DNA from: Piedraia hortae CBS 480.64
Taxonomy: Eukaryota
NCBI GenBank assembly: GCA_010093745.1
Contig: MU006012.1
Span: forward strand, 56,732 to 100,950
DNA: 44,219 nt
Direction: 5' to 3'
The notes under the pieces were generated by a model. It had not been told where the DNA came from. It did not search any database and saw only the letters and a program-made list of their open reading frames with translations. Both the position numbers and the translations under genes were made by a program. Below, one piece after another: positions 44,156 through 44,219 of the stretch (positions are counted from its first letter, which is position 1; each line of letters starts with the position of its first letter).

Positions 44156-44219
44156 TGTTGTGAATATGCGGTATATTACGCGCATTATTAGTAACCGTCG
44201 CTCGGCTCTCGACTTCACG
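44156..44219 (+). repeat. Start of a second LTR of the same Copia family, truncated by the window end
   Basis: 64/64 identical to 96-159; begins TGTTG. Confidence 0.8.

Noticed and set aside
1..44219. Circular replicon or virus suggested by matching sequence near both window ends
   Set aside because: The match starts at 96, not 1, the upstream flanks differ, and the PPT|TGTTG context identifies an LTR. Gene content is ordinary chromosomal housekeeping.

Overview
Eukaryotic window from a compact, gene-dense ascomycete genome. A Pezizomycotina (Dothideomycete-like) origin is inferred from protein style; most introns are 45-52 nt and several gene pairs are under 50 bp apart. It holds 21 intact housekeeping genes: MRPL24, SSU1-like, beta-alanine synthase-like M20 hydrolase, RPS10, RPS8, DPH3, YFH1, Ldh_2 dehydrogenase, PHO91, RFC2, a RING-H2 protein, ADK2, MDM38, PCD1, DSC4-like, a ZIP transporter, a CBS protein, a G-patch protein, PST2, CAP2 and myosin-I. 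There is also an intron-containing tRNA-Thr(AGT) and an intronic box C/D snoRNA. The window starts in the 3' end of a Ty1/Copia element (RNase H tail, polypurine tract, LTR) and ends in an identical 64-bp LTR start. Gene-poor stretches hold decayed sequence: a caspase-fold pseudogene, a UBX/Shp1-like fragment, a MULE transposase relic, a Copia RT relic, and a 1.3-kb TIR-bounded element with a decayed USP-like cysteine-protease gene. Most notable: (1) an intron that splits the PST2 stop codon and can add a CaaX-tailed C-terminus; (2) the TIR element with protease cargo; (3) a two-guide snoRNA whose single mismatch falls on the 18S ac4C1280 position; (4) a myosin-I lacking the acidic Arp2/3-binding tail. 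All calls are from motif recognition by eye; no searches were run.
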